Shown here one piece after another: positions 7,068 through 16,080 of a DNA stretch of 24,902 nucleotides. Every line of letters begins with the position of its first letter. The stretch's first letter is position 1. The notes under the pieces were generated by a model, which was given only the letters and a program-made list of their open reading frames with translations, ran no database searches and had not been told where the DNA came from. Both the position numbers and the translations under genes were made by a program. The DNA comes from a virus (lineage: Duplodnaviria > Caudoviricetes). Location of the stretch: positions 1 to 24,902 of the IMG/VR virus record IMGVR_UViG_3300029775_000017. The stretch is one strand, 5' to 3'.

Positions 7068-8425
7068 TTGAGTGAACAGTTCTTATTATCTGAAAAATAT
7101 AAGGCTTTTTTAAAGTGTAATGCGCCTGTGGAGTTCCTTGAGGGGACCTAACCACATATGCGGGCAAAACTACAGTTGGCATATTTAAGTTTATGCTAAA
7201 GGTTAAGGAGAGCAGCAAAAAGCAGCATATTATTTCAGGTCTTGACCTTGGCACGATTGAGAAAAACATAATTAACAAAGATTTGGGTATTATCGATATA
7301 TTTGGCAGTTTGGTTCAATACAATCCGTCCGGCAGGGGTAAGGAAACACTTCCTCACATTGTGTACCAAGGCAAAATTATATACGTTCTTGGATATGGAG
7401 ATAAAGCCCGTTGGAAAAAGGCGTTAGGCTCACAGAACGGATGTATCTATATAGACGAAATCAATATAGCTGATATGGACTTTGTCCGAGAGGCGTCTAT
7501 GAGGTGTGATTATCTATTAGCAACATTAAATCCGGATGATCCAAGTTTGCCAGTTTATTCTGAATATATTAACCATAGCAGGCCACTACCTGAATATGAG
7601 AAGGATGCGCCCGACGAACTGAATCAAATGCTTAATGAAGAACCAAAGCACGGATGGGTACATTGGTTTTTTTCTTTTGAGCATAACGCAGGGCTAAGTG
7701 AAGAGAAGAAAGAGCGAATCATAATGAATGTACCTAAAGGTACGAAGCTTTATAAAAATAAGATACAGGGCTTAAGAGGGCGCTCAACGGGGCTTATATT
7801 TAATTTGCGTAAAGAGAATATAATAACTCCTAAGCAAGCAAGACCATATCATCCGCAGGATAATCCGAAGGGCTTTAAGTACGTACTATTTTCATGCGGC
7901 GTAGATACTTCATATAGTCGTACATCGGATGATACTTTTGCTTTTATATTCTCCGGCATTACGGCTTGTAGGAAAAAAATCATACTAGCTGAAAAAGTAT
8001 ATAATAACAGGGATTTGGCGGTACCGCTATCTCCTTCCGATGTACCGCCCAAGCTTATAGAGTTTTTAGATAGGTGTAAAAGCGATTGGGGCTTTGCAAG
8101 GAATGTATTTATAGATAGTGCGGACCAGGCAACAATCCTTGAATGTCAAAAATATAAAAGGGCCAATGGAAGCATGTATATGTTTCAACCGGCATGGAAG
8201 AAAACGCCGATTATAGACAGAATTAATTTAGAAAGTGGATGGTTGGCCCATGAAGAATCTTTGATTGTTGACACATGTAAGGAATGTATCAGAGAGCGTA
8301 ATTTATATAGCTGGAAAGAAGATAAAGACGAGCCGGAGGATTGTAATGACCATACGATTAATGCGGACCAATATAGTTGGTTGCCATTTAAAGACCGCAT
8401 AGGTAATACCAAGGAGGTGAAATAG
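7068..8425 (+). CDS. terL: Terminase large subunit in two frames (7068-7151 and 7151/7154-8425), with a 5-nt gap in Walker A
   Basis: GAGGGTG RBS, TTG 7068, MSEQFLLSEKYKAFLKCNAPVEFLEGT*. The second frame reads TYAGKTTVGIFKFMLKV...CIYIDE (Walker B)...LNPDDP...CGVD...IDSAD...DHTINA. The listed ORF from 7193 lacks Walker A. Confidence 0.9.
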
Positions 8426-9858
8426 TGAACATACAACCAATAATCAACTTGTTAAATAAAGAAAAACAGTATAACCTTTCATCGGAATACTATTCCCGTG
8501 TAGACGAATGGCGCGACTGGTGGAGAGGCTTTTACGAACCGTTTCATCAATTCAAGGAGCTTAACGGGGATAAGATAGTAACGCGTAAATTGTACACCCT
8601 GAAAATGGCAAAAAAAGTCTGTGAAGACTGGGCTAGTATTCTGCTAAATGAAAAAACTGAAATAGTTATTGATGAAGAAAATTCAAATAAATTTCTTAAG
8701 AAGGTTTTAGACGACAATGACTTTTGGCGGCTTGGAAATTCACTTGTCGAGAAAGCATTTTATTCCGGCACGGGGGCATTCGTCTTAAAACTTGATGGCA
8801 TGAAACTGCAAGGCGAGACAGTCATGAAAAGCGCGGATGCCAAAATTAGAATTGATTATCTTACAGCTCACAATATTATTCCGCTAACTATCAAACATGG
8901 GAAAATAATTGAGGTTGCGTTTGTTTCCGAAATTCTGAATCGTGGTAAGAAATATATTTACCTTGAAACTCATGAGCTTGAGAATGGCGAGTATAAAATA
9001 ACGAATAGATATTTTAGTTACAATGACGGTCAATTAAAAGAAGAATCACTACCCGAAGGAATATTATCGGTTATTAATACAGGAACGGATATGCCTTGGT
9101 TTGCAATATTCAGTCCTAATATCGTAAATACTTTTTCGAATACTAACGGTCTGGGAATGAGCGTTTACGCCCATGCAATAGATAATCTTAAAGGTGTTGA
9201 CTTGGCATTTAATAATTTCAATAGGGATTTCAAGCTCGGCGGCAAGAAGGTGTTTTACTCTGAAAGCCTTATAAGGACGGATCAAGATGGGAATAAAATA
9301 ACTCCTGATGATACGATGCAACAACTCTTTTCAGTCGTAGAGGCTCCACTCCGTGAGGACGGGAAGAATACCCTTATGACAGAATATAATCCGGACCTGC
9401 GTGTACAGGCCAACAAAGATGGTATTCAAGCGCAGTTAGATTATTTGTCATTTAAGGTTGGTTTTGGTACAAAGCATTACCAATTCAACGGCGGCACAAT
9501 AGTTACGGCTACGCAGTATTCCGGGGATAAACAGGAGCTTATACAAAATGCAAGCAAGCATTATATTGTCATAGAAAAGGCATTACAGCAAATTGTACGC
9601 GCTATCTTGTGGGCCGGTAAGGAAATTTTAGGGCGGCCGGTCAATCCTGATGCACAGGTAACGGTCAACTTTGAAGATAGTTATATAATAGACAAAGAAT
9701 CAGAGAGGCAAAGGGACCTGCAGGAGATACGAGATGGCATAATGCAGAAATGGGAGTACCGGCAAAAATGGTACGGCGAGGATGAAGCAACGGCTAAAAA
9801 GATGGTTGCGGCCAGCCAGACAGATGATGAGTATATGGGATTCGGCGGTGGTAGCTAA
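8425..9858 (+). CDS. Portal protein (SPP1 gp6/A118-like)
   Basis: 477 aa after terL; GLGMSVYAHAID, YNPDLRV, TATQ, VNFEDSYIIDKE motifs. Confidence 0.9.
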   Translation: MNIQPIINLLNKEKQYNLSSEYYSRVDEWRDWWRGFYEPFHQFKELNGDKIVTRKLYTLKMAKKVCEDWASILLNEKTEIVIDEENSNKFLKKVLDDNDFWRLGNSLVEKAFYSGTGAFVLKLDGMKLQGETVMKSADAKIRIDYLTAHNIIPLTIKHGKIIEVAFVSEILNRGKKYIYLETHELENGEYKITNRYFSYNDGQLKEESLPEGILSVINTGTDMPWFAIFSPNIVNTFSNTNGLGMSVYAHAIDNLKGVDLAFNNFNRDFKLGGKKVFYSESLIRTDQDGNKITPDDTMQQLFSVVEAPLREDGKNTLMTEYNPDLRVQANKDGIQAQLDYLSFKVGFGTKHYQFNGGTIVTATQYSGDKQELIQNASKHYIVIEKALQQIVRAILWAGKEILGRPVNPDAQVTVNFEDSYIIDKESERQRDLQEIRDGIMQKWEYRQKWYGEDEATAKKMVAASQTDDEYMGFGGGS

Positions 9859-11570
9859 TGCTTAAGCCTGGACAGATAGATAAATACCCTGATAATCTTG
9901 TGGAGCTTTATTCCCAGACTGAAATTGATATTATAGCCGATATTGCAAGACGTATCTCGACTTATGACTACTTCATACCATCAGCTGAATGGCAATATAA
10001 AAAGTTGGTAGAGATGGGTAATGTGCATGACGATACACTAAAGCGACTGTCAAAACTCACGGGCAAGACCAAGCGAGAGCTTGAAAAGATGATGCTTGAG
10101 GCGGGTTACGAATCAATAAATGTGGATGATAGGATATATAAAAAAGCTGGGCTTGACCCGTTACCGATTGAACAATCGCCGGCATTATTGGAGGTTTTAC
10201 AGGCTGGAATAAACAGCACAAACGGTCTGTTTGAGAACCTGACGAGGACAACAGCAAGTACAGCATCAAAACAGTTTGAAAATATCCTGGACAATGCATA
10301 CATGCAAATAACAACGGGGGCTTTCGATACAAATACAGCTATAAGAAACGCCATAAAGGATCTGGCCGGTAATGGAATAGCCTCAATTACGTATCCCAGC
10401 GGACATACAAGCTATATTGAATCTGCTGTAAGGCGTGCGGTTATAACTGGAGTAGGACAGACGGCAGGAAAGATGCAAGAAGCAAGAGCTAATGAGATGG
10501 GTTGCGATTTAATGGAAATAACGGCACATGCCGGGGCAAGACCTTCACATGCTGCATGGCAGGGTAAAGTTGTGTCTAGGAGTGGCAGAGAAGGATATCT
10601 ATCTTTAGACGATATAGGATATGGTACCGGAGCAGGTTTTAAAGGCTGGAACTGCCGGCATGATTGGTTCCCATATTTTAAAGGTTTATCTGAGCCAGGA
10701 TATACGGAAGAACAGTTGGAAGATTACAAAGCCAAAAATTATGAATACAACGGCGAAAAAATGACAGAATATGAAGCCTCCCAAAAGCAAAGAGCGATTG
10801 AGAGAAATATTCGGCGTTGGAAACGTGAATATATCGGCATGCAGGCAGCAGGGCAACCCACCGATGAAGCGGCGGCTCGTATCGGAAGATGGCAGGAAAT
10901 TCAAAAGGATTTTTTGAAACAAACAGGACTGAAACGCCAGATAGACAGGGAACAAATATTGGGATTTGGGAAGAAAGAAGCGCAGGAAGCCGCTAAATAT
11001 AATAAAATTTATTCTCCGAAGTTTTTAAAAATTAAAGGCATAGATAACTCTAATAAAGATACAGCCAAAGCAATACAAGAAGAATTAAAACTTATACCCA
11101 AAGAGCATGGATCCATAATTAAGGATACGGTAAAAGAAATAAATATTGTATCGGAAGGGAATTCAAGATATGATAGAGACAAAGGGAAAATGTATATATT
11201 TGAAAATCCTGAACCAGGAGAAATTATTCATGAATTAGGTCATGTGATTGAGACTAAGCTGGATTTATACAATAAAGAAGATTTTATAAAAGTTCTAAAT
11301 AATGGACTTGAGAATATTTCTTTAGAAGATGTTATATACGATAAAGACACATATAATAGACCTATAGTAAGAATACAATCCGATAAATTTATCAGTGAAT
11401 ATCAAGGAAGATTATATGAAGAAGTAGGAATCTTAAATGATGACATGAGCGTAAACCTGAAAGCTATGGGAGAATATTTTAGTGAAGGATACAGGGAATT
11501 TATTATGAATCCGGATAATTTAAGAAAAAAAGATGAAAAATTATTTAAATTTATAGAGGGGCTTGGTTAA
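9858..11570 (+). CDS. Minor capsid (MuF/Phage_min_cap2-type) protein with C-terminal HEXXH metallopeptidase extension
   Basis: AVRRAVITG, HAGARPSHAAWQG, GWNCRH, QRAIERNIRRWK; C-terminal IIHELGH...EYFSEGY. Confidence 0.88.
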   Translation: MLKPGQIDKYPDNLVELYSQTEIDIIADIARRISTYDYFIPSAEWQYKKLVEMGNVHDDTLKRLSKLTGKTKRELEKMMLEAGYESINVDDRIYKKAGLDPLPIEQSPALLEVLQAGINSTNGLFENLTRTTASTASKQFENILDNAYMQITTGAFDTNTAIRNAIKDLAGNGIASITYPSGHTSYIESAVRRAVITGVGQTAGKMQEARANEMGCDLMEITAHAGARPSHAAWQGKVVSRSGREGYLSLDDIGYGTGAGFKGWNCRHDWFPYFKGLSEPGYTEEQLEDYKAKNYEYNGEKMTEYEASQKQRAIERNIRRWKREYIGMQAAGQPTDEAAARIGRWQEIQKDFLKQTGLKRQIDREQILGFGKKEAQEAAKYNKIYSPKFLKIKGIDNSNKDTAKAIQEELKLIPKEHGSIIKDTVKEINIVSEGNSRYDRDKGKMYIFENPEPGEIIHELGHVIETKLDLYNKEDFIKVLNNGLENISLEDVIYDKDTYNRPIVRIQSDKFISEYQGRLYEEVGILNDDMSVNLKAMGEYFSEGYREFIMNPDNLRKKDEKLFKFIEGLG

Positions 11571-11759
11571 ATGAATTTAAAAAAAGAGTTTTATAAGCTG
11601 AAAACTCCTTGGGATTTGCTCGATTTTATGAAAAAAAATAAAAATTTAGAATATGATAAGGATATGGCCGAATATTTTAATAAAATATGCAAAAAATTTT
11701 CGACTGGAGAAACGCCTTATGATCATAGTGACCCGAGGGAAGCCTTTAATAAGAAATGA
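11571..11759 (+). CDS. 62-aa hypothetical protein, candidate immunity protein
   Basis: Starts immediately after the MuF stop; GAGGGG RBS; followed by a terminator. Confidence 0.6.
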   Translation: MNLKKEFYKLKTPWDLLDFMKKNKNLEYDKDMAEYFNKICKKFSTGETPYDHSDPREAFNKK

Positions 11760-11795
11760 GCACTCACTAAATAAAAATAGTGAGTGCTTTTCTTA
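11759..11795 (+). terminator. Intrinsic terminator
   Basis: AGCACTCACTA-8 nt-TAGTGAGTGCT followed by TTTCTT. Confidence 0.8.
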
Positions 11796-11820
11796 TGCTT
11801 AATTTTTAGGAGGTGATTTG

Positions 11821-11904
11821 ATGGCTACAGCTACACAGATAACTTTAATCATATGCATTACTTTATTAATATTAAGTTTTAAAAAGAAGAAAGGAGAGAA
11901 ATAA
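11821..11904 (+). CDS. 27-aa hydrophobic peptide MATATQITLIICITLLILSFKKKKGEK
   Basis: AGGAGGTG RBS; one TM-like segment plus a Lys-rich tail; ends 1 nt before the next start. Not in the ORF track. Confidence 0.65.
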   Translation: MATATQITLIICITLLILSFKKKKGEK

Positions 11905-11905
11905 A

Positions 11906-12181
11906 ATGGCTAAATATAGAAAGAAACCAGTAGTTGTTAATGCTTTTAAATGGACAGGAGATCAACATCAAGAGGAAGATCCTGAATGGATTGCTAATGC
12001 AATTAAAAACGGAATTGTTTGGTTTAACAATGAAGGAACAGACAAGTGTAATATGGAAATTAAAACTTTAGAAGGAAATCATATAGCGCATAAGGGCGAT
12101 TATATAATTCAAGGAGTTAAAGGAGAGCTTTACCCTTGTAAACCCGATATATTTGAAAAAACATATGAACCAGCTGATTAA
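11906..12181 (+). CDS. Conserved phage protein (YRKKPVVV...TLEG...GDYII family)
   Basis: KYRKKPVVVNA, IKTLEG, GDYIIQGVKGELYPCKPDIFEKTYE. Confidence 0.85.
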   Translation: MAKYRKKPVVVNAFKWTGDQHQEEDPEWIANAIKNGIVWFNNEGTDKCNMEIKTLEGNHIAHKGDYIIQGVKGELYPCKPDIFEKTYEPAD

Positions 12182-12249
12182 AACTTAGAAATAAGTCTTT
12201 TTTATTACTCTTTTTGGTATTTATGAGTATAAACTGAAAGAACCTATTT

Positions 12250-12315
12250 CGCCTACCTGTGGGCGTAAATACAGCAGGGCAACATGGGATGCAACCCCGT
12301 AAAAAGCGTAGTTGT
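12250..12315 (+). promoter_or_regulatory. Candidate structured cis-regulatory RNA leader (two pseudoknots) before the scaffold gene
   Basis: GC-rich island; CGCCT/GGGCG and ATGGG/CCCGT stems whose loops are complementary to downstream sequence. Confidence 0.55.
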
Positions 12316-12327
12316 GAAAGGAGATAT

Positions 12328-12903
12328 ATGAAACGTGAATTTTTAGAAGAATTAAAACTCGAAAAAGACGTAATCGACAAAATCATGGCCGAGAATGGCA
12401 AAGACATTGAAAAGTATAAATCCGAATCAGAAACTTTAAAAGTTACAAACGAACAACAAAAGACACAACTTGAAGCGGCAAACGAACAAATAGAATCCTT
12501 CAAGAGCATGGATGTCGAGGCGATTAAAAAATCAGCTGATGAATATAAGAAAAAATTTGAAGAGGCAGAAAAGAACCATAAAGCCGAGCTTGATAAAATT
12601 GCTTATAATTCCGCTGCTGAAAAATTTATTGATTCGTTAAAACCGAAGGACAATCTATCTAAAAGTGCAATTCTGGCCGAGTTTGCAAAGAAAGAATTCA
12701 AGCTTGACGGTGATTCCTTCCAGGGTGCGAAGGAATGGGCTGAACAGTTCAAAAAAGACAACGCAGCACATTTTGCAGACGGAAAAGACGATACGACACC
12801 AGTGTCAAGTGGGGGGGAACACAGCAATCCTCTTGACGGAGACGTTGACAAATTTGTTGCCGCAGCCATGAAAGGCGCGGGAATAAAAGAAGATAAAAAA
12901 TAA
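12328..12903 (+). CDS. Capsid scaffolding protein (Phage_GP20-like)
   Basis: AAAGGAG RBS before ATG 12328; MKREFLEELKLEKDVIDKIMAENGKDIE; coiled coil; upstream of the major capsid gene. Confidence 0.88.
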   Translation: MKREFLEELKLEKDVIDKIMAENGKDIEKYKSESETLKVTNEQQKTQLEAANEQIESFKSMDVEAIKKSADEYKKKFEEAEKNHKAELDKIAYNSAAEKFIDSLKPKDNLSKSAILAEFAKKEFKLDGDSFQGAKEWAEQFKKDNAAHFADGKDDTTPVSSGGEHSNPLDGDVDKFVAAAMKGAGIKEDKK

Positions 12904-12923
12904 GAGAAAAGGAGATGTAAAAT

Positions 12924-13808
12924 ATGGCAAATAGTATTGAATATGCAAAGAAATTTGTGCCGATAATTGATGCGATATATAAAGCAGCATCTGTAACAGA
13001 AGCTATGGATGCCGCTACGAAAGCAGATTTTACGGGAGTGAATGAAGTAAAGGTACTCAAAGTATCTACTACAGGGTTAGGCGACTACAGCAGAGAGAAT
13101 GGATATCCTAAAGGGGATGTTACTGCTGCATGGGAAACTCTCACGCTGTCGGAAGAAAGAGGCAAAGAAATTTCCGTTGACCGTATGGATGATGAGGAAA
13201 CTCTTGGATTAACCTTTGGAACGGTTACAGGTGAATTTATGAGATTGCATGTTATTCCTGAACTTGATGCATACAGATTTGCAAAATATGCAAGCACGGT
13301 AGGAATATCTACCGTTGCGACGCCTGCCGTGCTTACAAAGGATTCAATTATTGCGGCAATCGACGAGGCGGTTCGTCAGTTGAATGCGGATGAGGTTCCG
13401 CTTGAAGGTAGAAGATTGTATATCAATAGCGATTTACAGCCACTACTTAATTCGGCCTTAAATCGTCAGTGGGGAAGCGATAATACCGTTAATACGGTGC
13501 TTTCGGGATATAACAACATGCCGATTACTTTTGTGCCACCTACAAGGTTTTACACGGCAATTACTTTAAATGCCGGTACGGAAAACTGGGGATATGTAAA
13601 AGGAGCTACGGCAGCGGATATAAACTTTATGATTATTTATCCTCCGGCGATTTTGCAGGTTACAAAGTTTTCGCTTCCTAAGATATTTGACCCTGATACT
13701 AACCAGGAAAAAGACGCTTGGAAATTTCAGTTCAGACTTTATCATGACGCCTTTGTCTATGAGAATAAAGTCAAGGGCCTGTACCTGCATAAGAAACCTA
13801 CAGAATAG
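12924..13808 (+). CDS. Major capsid protein
   Basis: GLGDYSR, VDRMDDEET, VIPELDAYRFAK, RLYHDAFVYENK; synteny. Confidence 0.9.
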   Translation: MANSIEYAKKFVPIIDAIYKAASVTEAMDAATKADFTGVNEVKVLKVSTTGLGDYSRENGYPKGDVTAAWETLTLSEERGKEISVDRMDDEETLGLTFGTVTGEFMRLHVIPELDAYRFAKYASTVGISTVATPAVLTKDSIIAAIDEAVRQLNADEVPLEGRRLYINSDLQPLLNSALNRQWGSDNTVNTVLSGYNNMPITFVPPTRFYTAITLNAGTENWGYVKGATAADINFMIIYPPAILQVTKFSLPKIFDPDTNQEKDAWKFQFRLYHDAFVYENKVKGLYLHKKPTE

Positions 13809-13825
13809 GAGGTAACTAAAACTAA

Positions 13826-13960
13826 ATGCTTATTGTTAAAGGTGGCATAAGCCGCAACATTGACGAAAAGAATTTACAGGTTTATATAAACAAAGGATAT
13901 AAGCCTATAGAGATTAAAAAAGAACTGAAAGAGAAATCTAAAAAAGCAACGAAGGAGTGA
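13826..13960 (+). CDS. 44-aa basic protein after the major capsid gene
   Basis: AGGAGG upstream; MLIVKGGISRNIDEKNLQVYINKGYK...; fills the intergenic gap. Not in the ORF track. Confidence 0.65.
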   Translation: MLIVKGGISRNIDEKNLQVYINKGYKPIEIKKELKEKSKKATKE

Positions 13961-13964
13961 TAAT

Positions 13965-14297
13965 ATGCTCCCTGATTATACATTTTACACAGATACCTAT
14001 TATGGCAACCAAATCACAGAAGCCGATTTCCCCCGGTTAATTTCGAGGGCATCGGCTTATTTAGATGGAGTTTGTAATATTGGCAATGCTCCGGAAGATG
14101 TGGTAAAAAAGGCCCTGTGTGCCGTAGCTGAAGCTTGGCAGACAAACGAACAGGGTGGCGATGTAGTTAGCCAGTCTGTAGGTAGTTGGAGTAAATCTTA
14201 TGCGCAAAAGAAAATAAAGACAGATGAACAACGATTAAATGAAGCTGCTAATCTTTATATTGGTAAGTACTGCAACATGTCTGTGAGGTGGGTGTAA
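13965..14297 (+). CDS. Head-tail adaptor/connector
   Basis: DYTFYTDTYYG...RASAYLD...KALCAVAE...SQSVGSWSKSY. Confidence 0.8.
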   Translation: MLPDYTFYTDTYYGNQITEADFPRLISRASAYLDGVCNIGNAPEDVVKKALCAVAEAWQTNEQGGDVVSQSVGSWSKSYAQKKIKTDEQRLNEAANLYIGKYCNMSVRWV

Positions 14298-14692
14298 TGT
14301 TTAACGATGCTTGTACAATCTATAACAAATATACTGAAAATAAAATTGAGAAATGGCAACGTACTGCATTAACTGGTGTATTCTGGGATGGTGTTCGAGG
14401 CTCTAATTTCCGTAAAACAGGGGTTGAAAATGCTGATAGTGTATTTATATTAATACCCCACAAAATTAAAGCAAACAAGCAGTTCTTGCCACCACAGGAA
14501 TGGTTAAATTCTGAAAAAAATAAATATTGGACCTTGCAACCAGGGGATACAATTATTAAAGGTAACATTACCTATGAAGTTGTTAAGTCCTCAAAGGAAC
14601 TTGAACAATTCGGCGAGTGCTACAAAATAACCAAGATTGACGACAGAGCATTTGGCGGCGATATGGCTCATTGGGAGGTAGGAGCTAAATGA
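14297..14692 (+). CDS. Head closure-like protein (DUF6751-like)
   Basis: TAATG coupling at 14297; C-terminal HWEVGAK; synteny. Confidence 0.7.
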   Translation: MFNDACTIYNKYTENKIEKWQRTALTGVFWDGVRGSNFRKTGVENADSVFILIPHKIKANKQFLPPQEWLNSEKNKYWTLQPGDTIIKGNITYEVVKSSKELEQFGECYKITKIDDRAFGGDMAHWEVGAK

Positions 14693-15111
14693 AAATAAAC
14701 ACGCCTATAAATACAACTATAAAAACCGAAAAAGGAATTGTTAAGCTTGAATGGAGCTCTGATTTTGCTAACAAATGGCAAGGAAGATATGTAGCCGCGC
14801 AGAAATTTGTTGATAGCGAAGTATTAAGGTTATCAGATCCCTATATTCCTATGCAGTCAGGTATGCTAAAAACAAGTGGTATCCTAGGTACCACGATTGG
14901 ATCCGGGGAAGTAATTTGGAATGCTCCGTACGCAAGGTATCAATACTATGGTAAAGTCATGGTTGGCAAGGCCCCGAAGATCGTAACTGATAGGGATTTA
15001 ACTTATCATGGTGCTCCTAAAAGAGGAGCTTTTTGGTTTGAGAGAATGAAAAAGGATAAAGGACAACAAATACTTGATAAAGCTGCTAAAATTGTCGGAG
15101 GTGGAGCATGA
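14689..15111 (+). CDS. Minor capsid 2-like / neck protein
   Basis: PYIPMQSGML, APYARYQYYG, GAFWFERMK. Confidence 0.8.
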   Translation: MKINTPINTTIKTEKGIVKLEWSSDFANKWQGRYVAAQKFVDSEVLRLSDPYIPMQSGMLKTSGILGTTIGSGEVIWNAPYARYQYYGKVMVGKAPKIVTDRDLTYHGAPKRGAFWFERMKKDKGQQILDKAAKIVGGGA

Positions 15112-15539
15112 GTATAATTAAGTCATTACAGGATTTTCTTGAAACATTTGACGGCATGGATATGCAGCCTTTGACCGTTAAAACAGATATGGCTGATGAA
15201 GCGGTGTCATCTTACAGTGTGGCTCCTTCCGGTAACGGTAAAATCAGTGCTGATATTCTTGGAAATAAAACATTTCAGAATAATTACGTATTTTATGCCA
15301 GGGAAGCGGCGGCCGATGAAGTTGACCGACAGGAAAATTATGATTTTCTTGAAGGTTTTTCTGAATGGTTGGAAGAACAGAATGAAGAGGGCAACTTGCC
15401 AGTGTTGCCGGCAGGCTACAAAACAGAGGAATTGAGAGTATCAAATATCATGCTGTTTGATGTGAATGAGGATGGTACCGGATTATATCAGGTACAGCTA
15501 CAATTAGAATTCATAAAAGAAAGGAAGGCGATAATATGA
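15108..15539 (+). CDS. Tail terminator/completion-like protein
   Basis: Position before the tail tube gene; C-terminal YQVQLQLEF strand. Confidence 0.7.
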   Translation: MSIIKSLQDFLETFDGMDMQPLTVKTDMADEAVSSYSVAPSGNGKISADILGNKTFQNNYVFYAREAAADEVDRQENYDFLEGFSEWLEEQNEEGNLPVLPAGYKTEELRVSNIMLFDVNEDGTGLYQVQLQLEFIKERKAII

Positions 15540-16039
15540 GCATAGAAGGAACTGGATATGTAAAACGTAAAGAATTTATGGTGTTTGCGGATGTATCGGA
15601 TACATCAGGAACACCGGAATGGGAGCTCATCGGGGATAAAGTCGAGGAAATGTCCCTTGAGATGAACCCGAATGTTGAAACAACGACAGATATTACGGGG
15701 AATACAACCACTATCTTAGACAAATATGAAGTGCAAACTTCTGTATCTCCTATGAGAGCAAAAAGAGAAAGTAAGCTATTTAATATCTTATATGAAATAG
15801 TCAAAGAAGAGAAAACTCTCTCTGACGTTGAAAGAACATTCCTCTGTGTGAATGTATTTGATGTGACAGGAGAAGGGGAAACGGCCGCATATGCTGCATG
15901 GACACAAAAGGGTATTGTTGCAGTGCAGTCTTACGGCGGGAATACTCAGGGGCTTGATATTCCATTTAATATTCATTGGACTGGTCAAAAAACATACGGA
16001 AGTTTTAGCCCTACAGCAAAAACATTTACAGCAGCATAA
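15536..16039 (+). CDS. Major tail (tube) protein
   Basis: WELIGDKVEEMSLEMNP, VQSYGG, IPFNIHWTG; synteny. Confidence 0.8.
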   Translation: MSIEGTGYVKRKEFMVFADVSDTSGTPEWELIGDKVEEMSLEMNPNVETTTDITGNTTTILDKYEVQTSVSPMRAKRESKLFNILYEIVKEEKTLSDVERTFLCVNVFDVTGEGETAAYAAWTQKGIVAVQSYGGNTQGLDIPFNIHWTGQKTYGSFSPTAKTFTAA

Positions 16040-16043
16040 TATT

Positions 16044-16065
16044 AAGCCCTGCTTTGGCAGGGCTT
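16044..16065 (+). terminator. GC-rich hairpin after the tail tube gene (weak terminator or mRNA stabiliser)
   Basis: AAGCCCTGC-tttg-GCAGGGCTT; short T tract; abuts the next RBS. Confidence 0.55.
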
Positions 16066-16080
16066 TAGGAGGTGGTTTTA

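Noticed and set aside
7104-7120. Slippery heptamer T TTT TTA in the first terL frame as the frameshift site
   Set aside because: The -1 frame reaches TAA within three codons and another stop at TGA 7139, so it cannot join the main ORF.
7193-8425. ATG 7193 as the true terL start
   Set aside because: It has no convincing RBS and would omit Walker A. The upstream sequence encodes the missing N-terminus.
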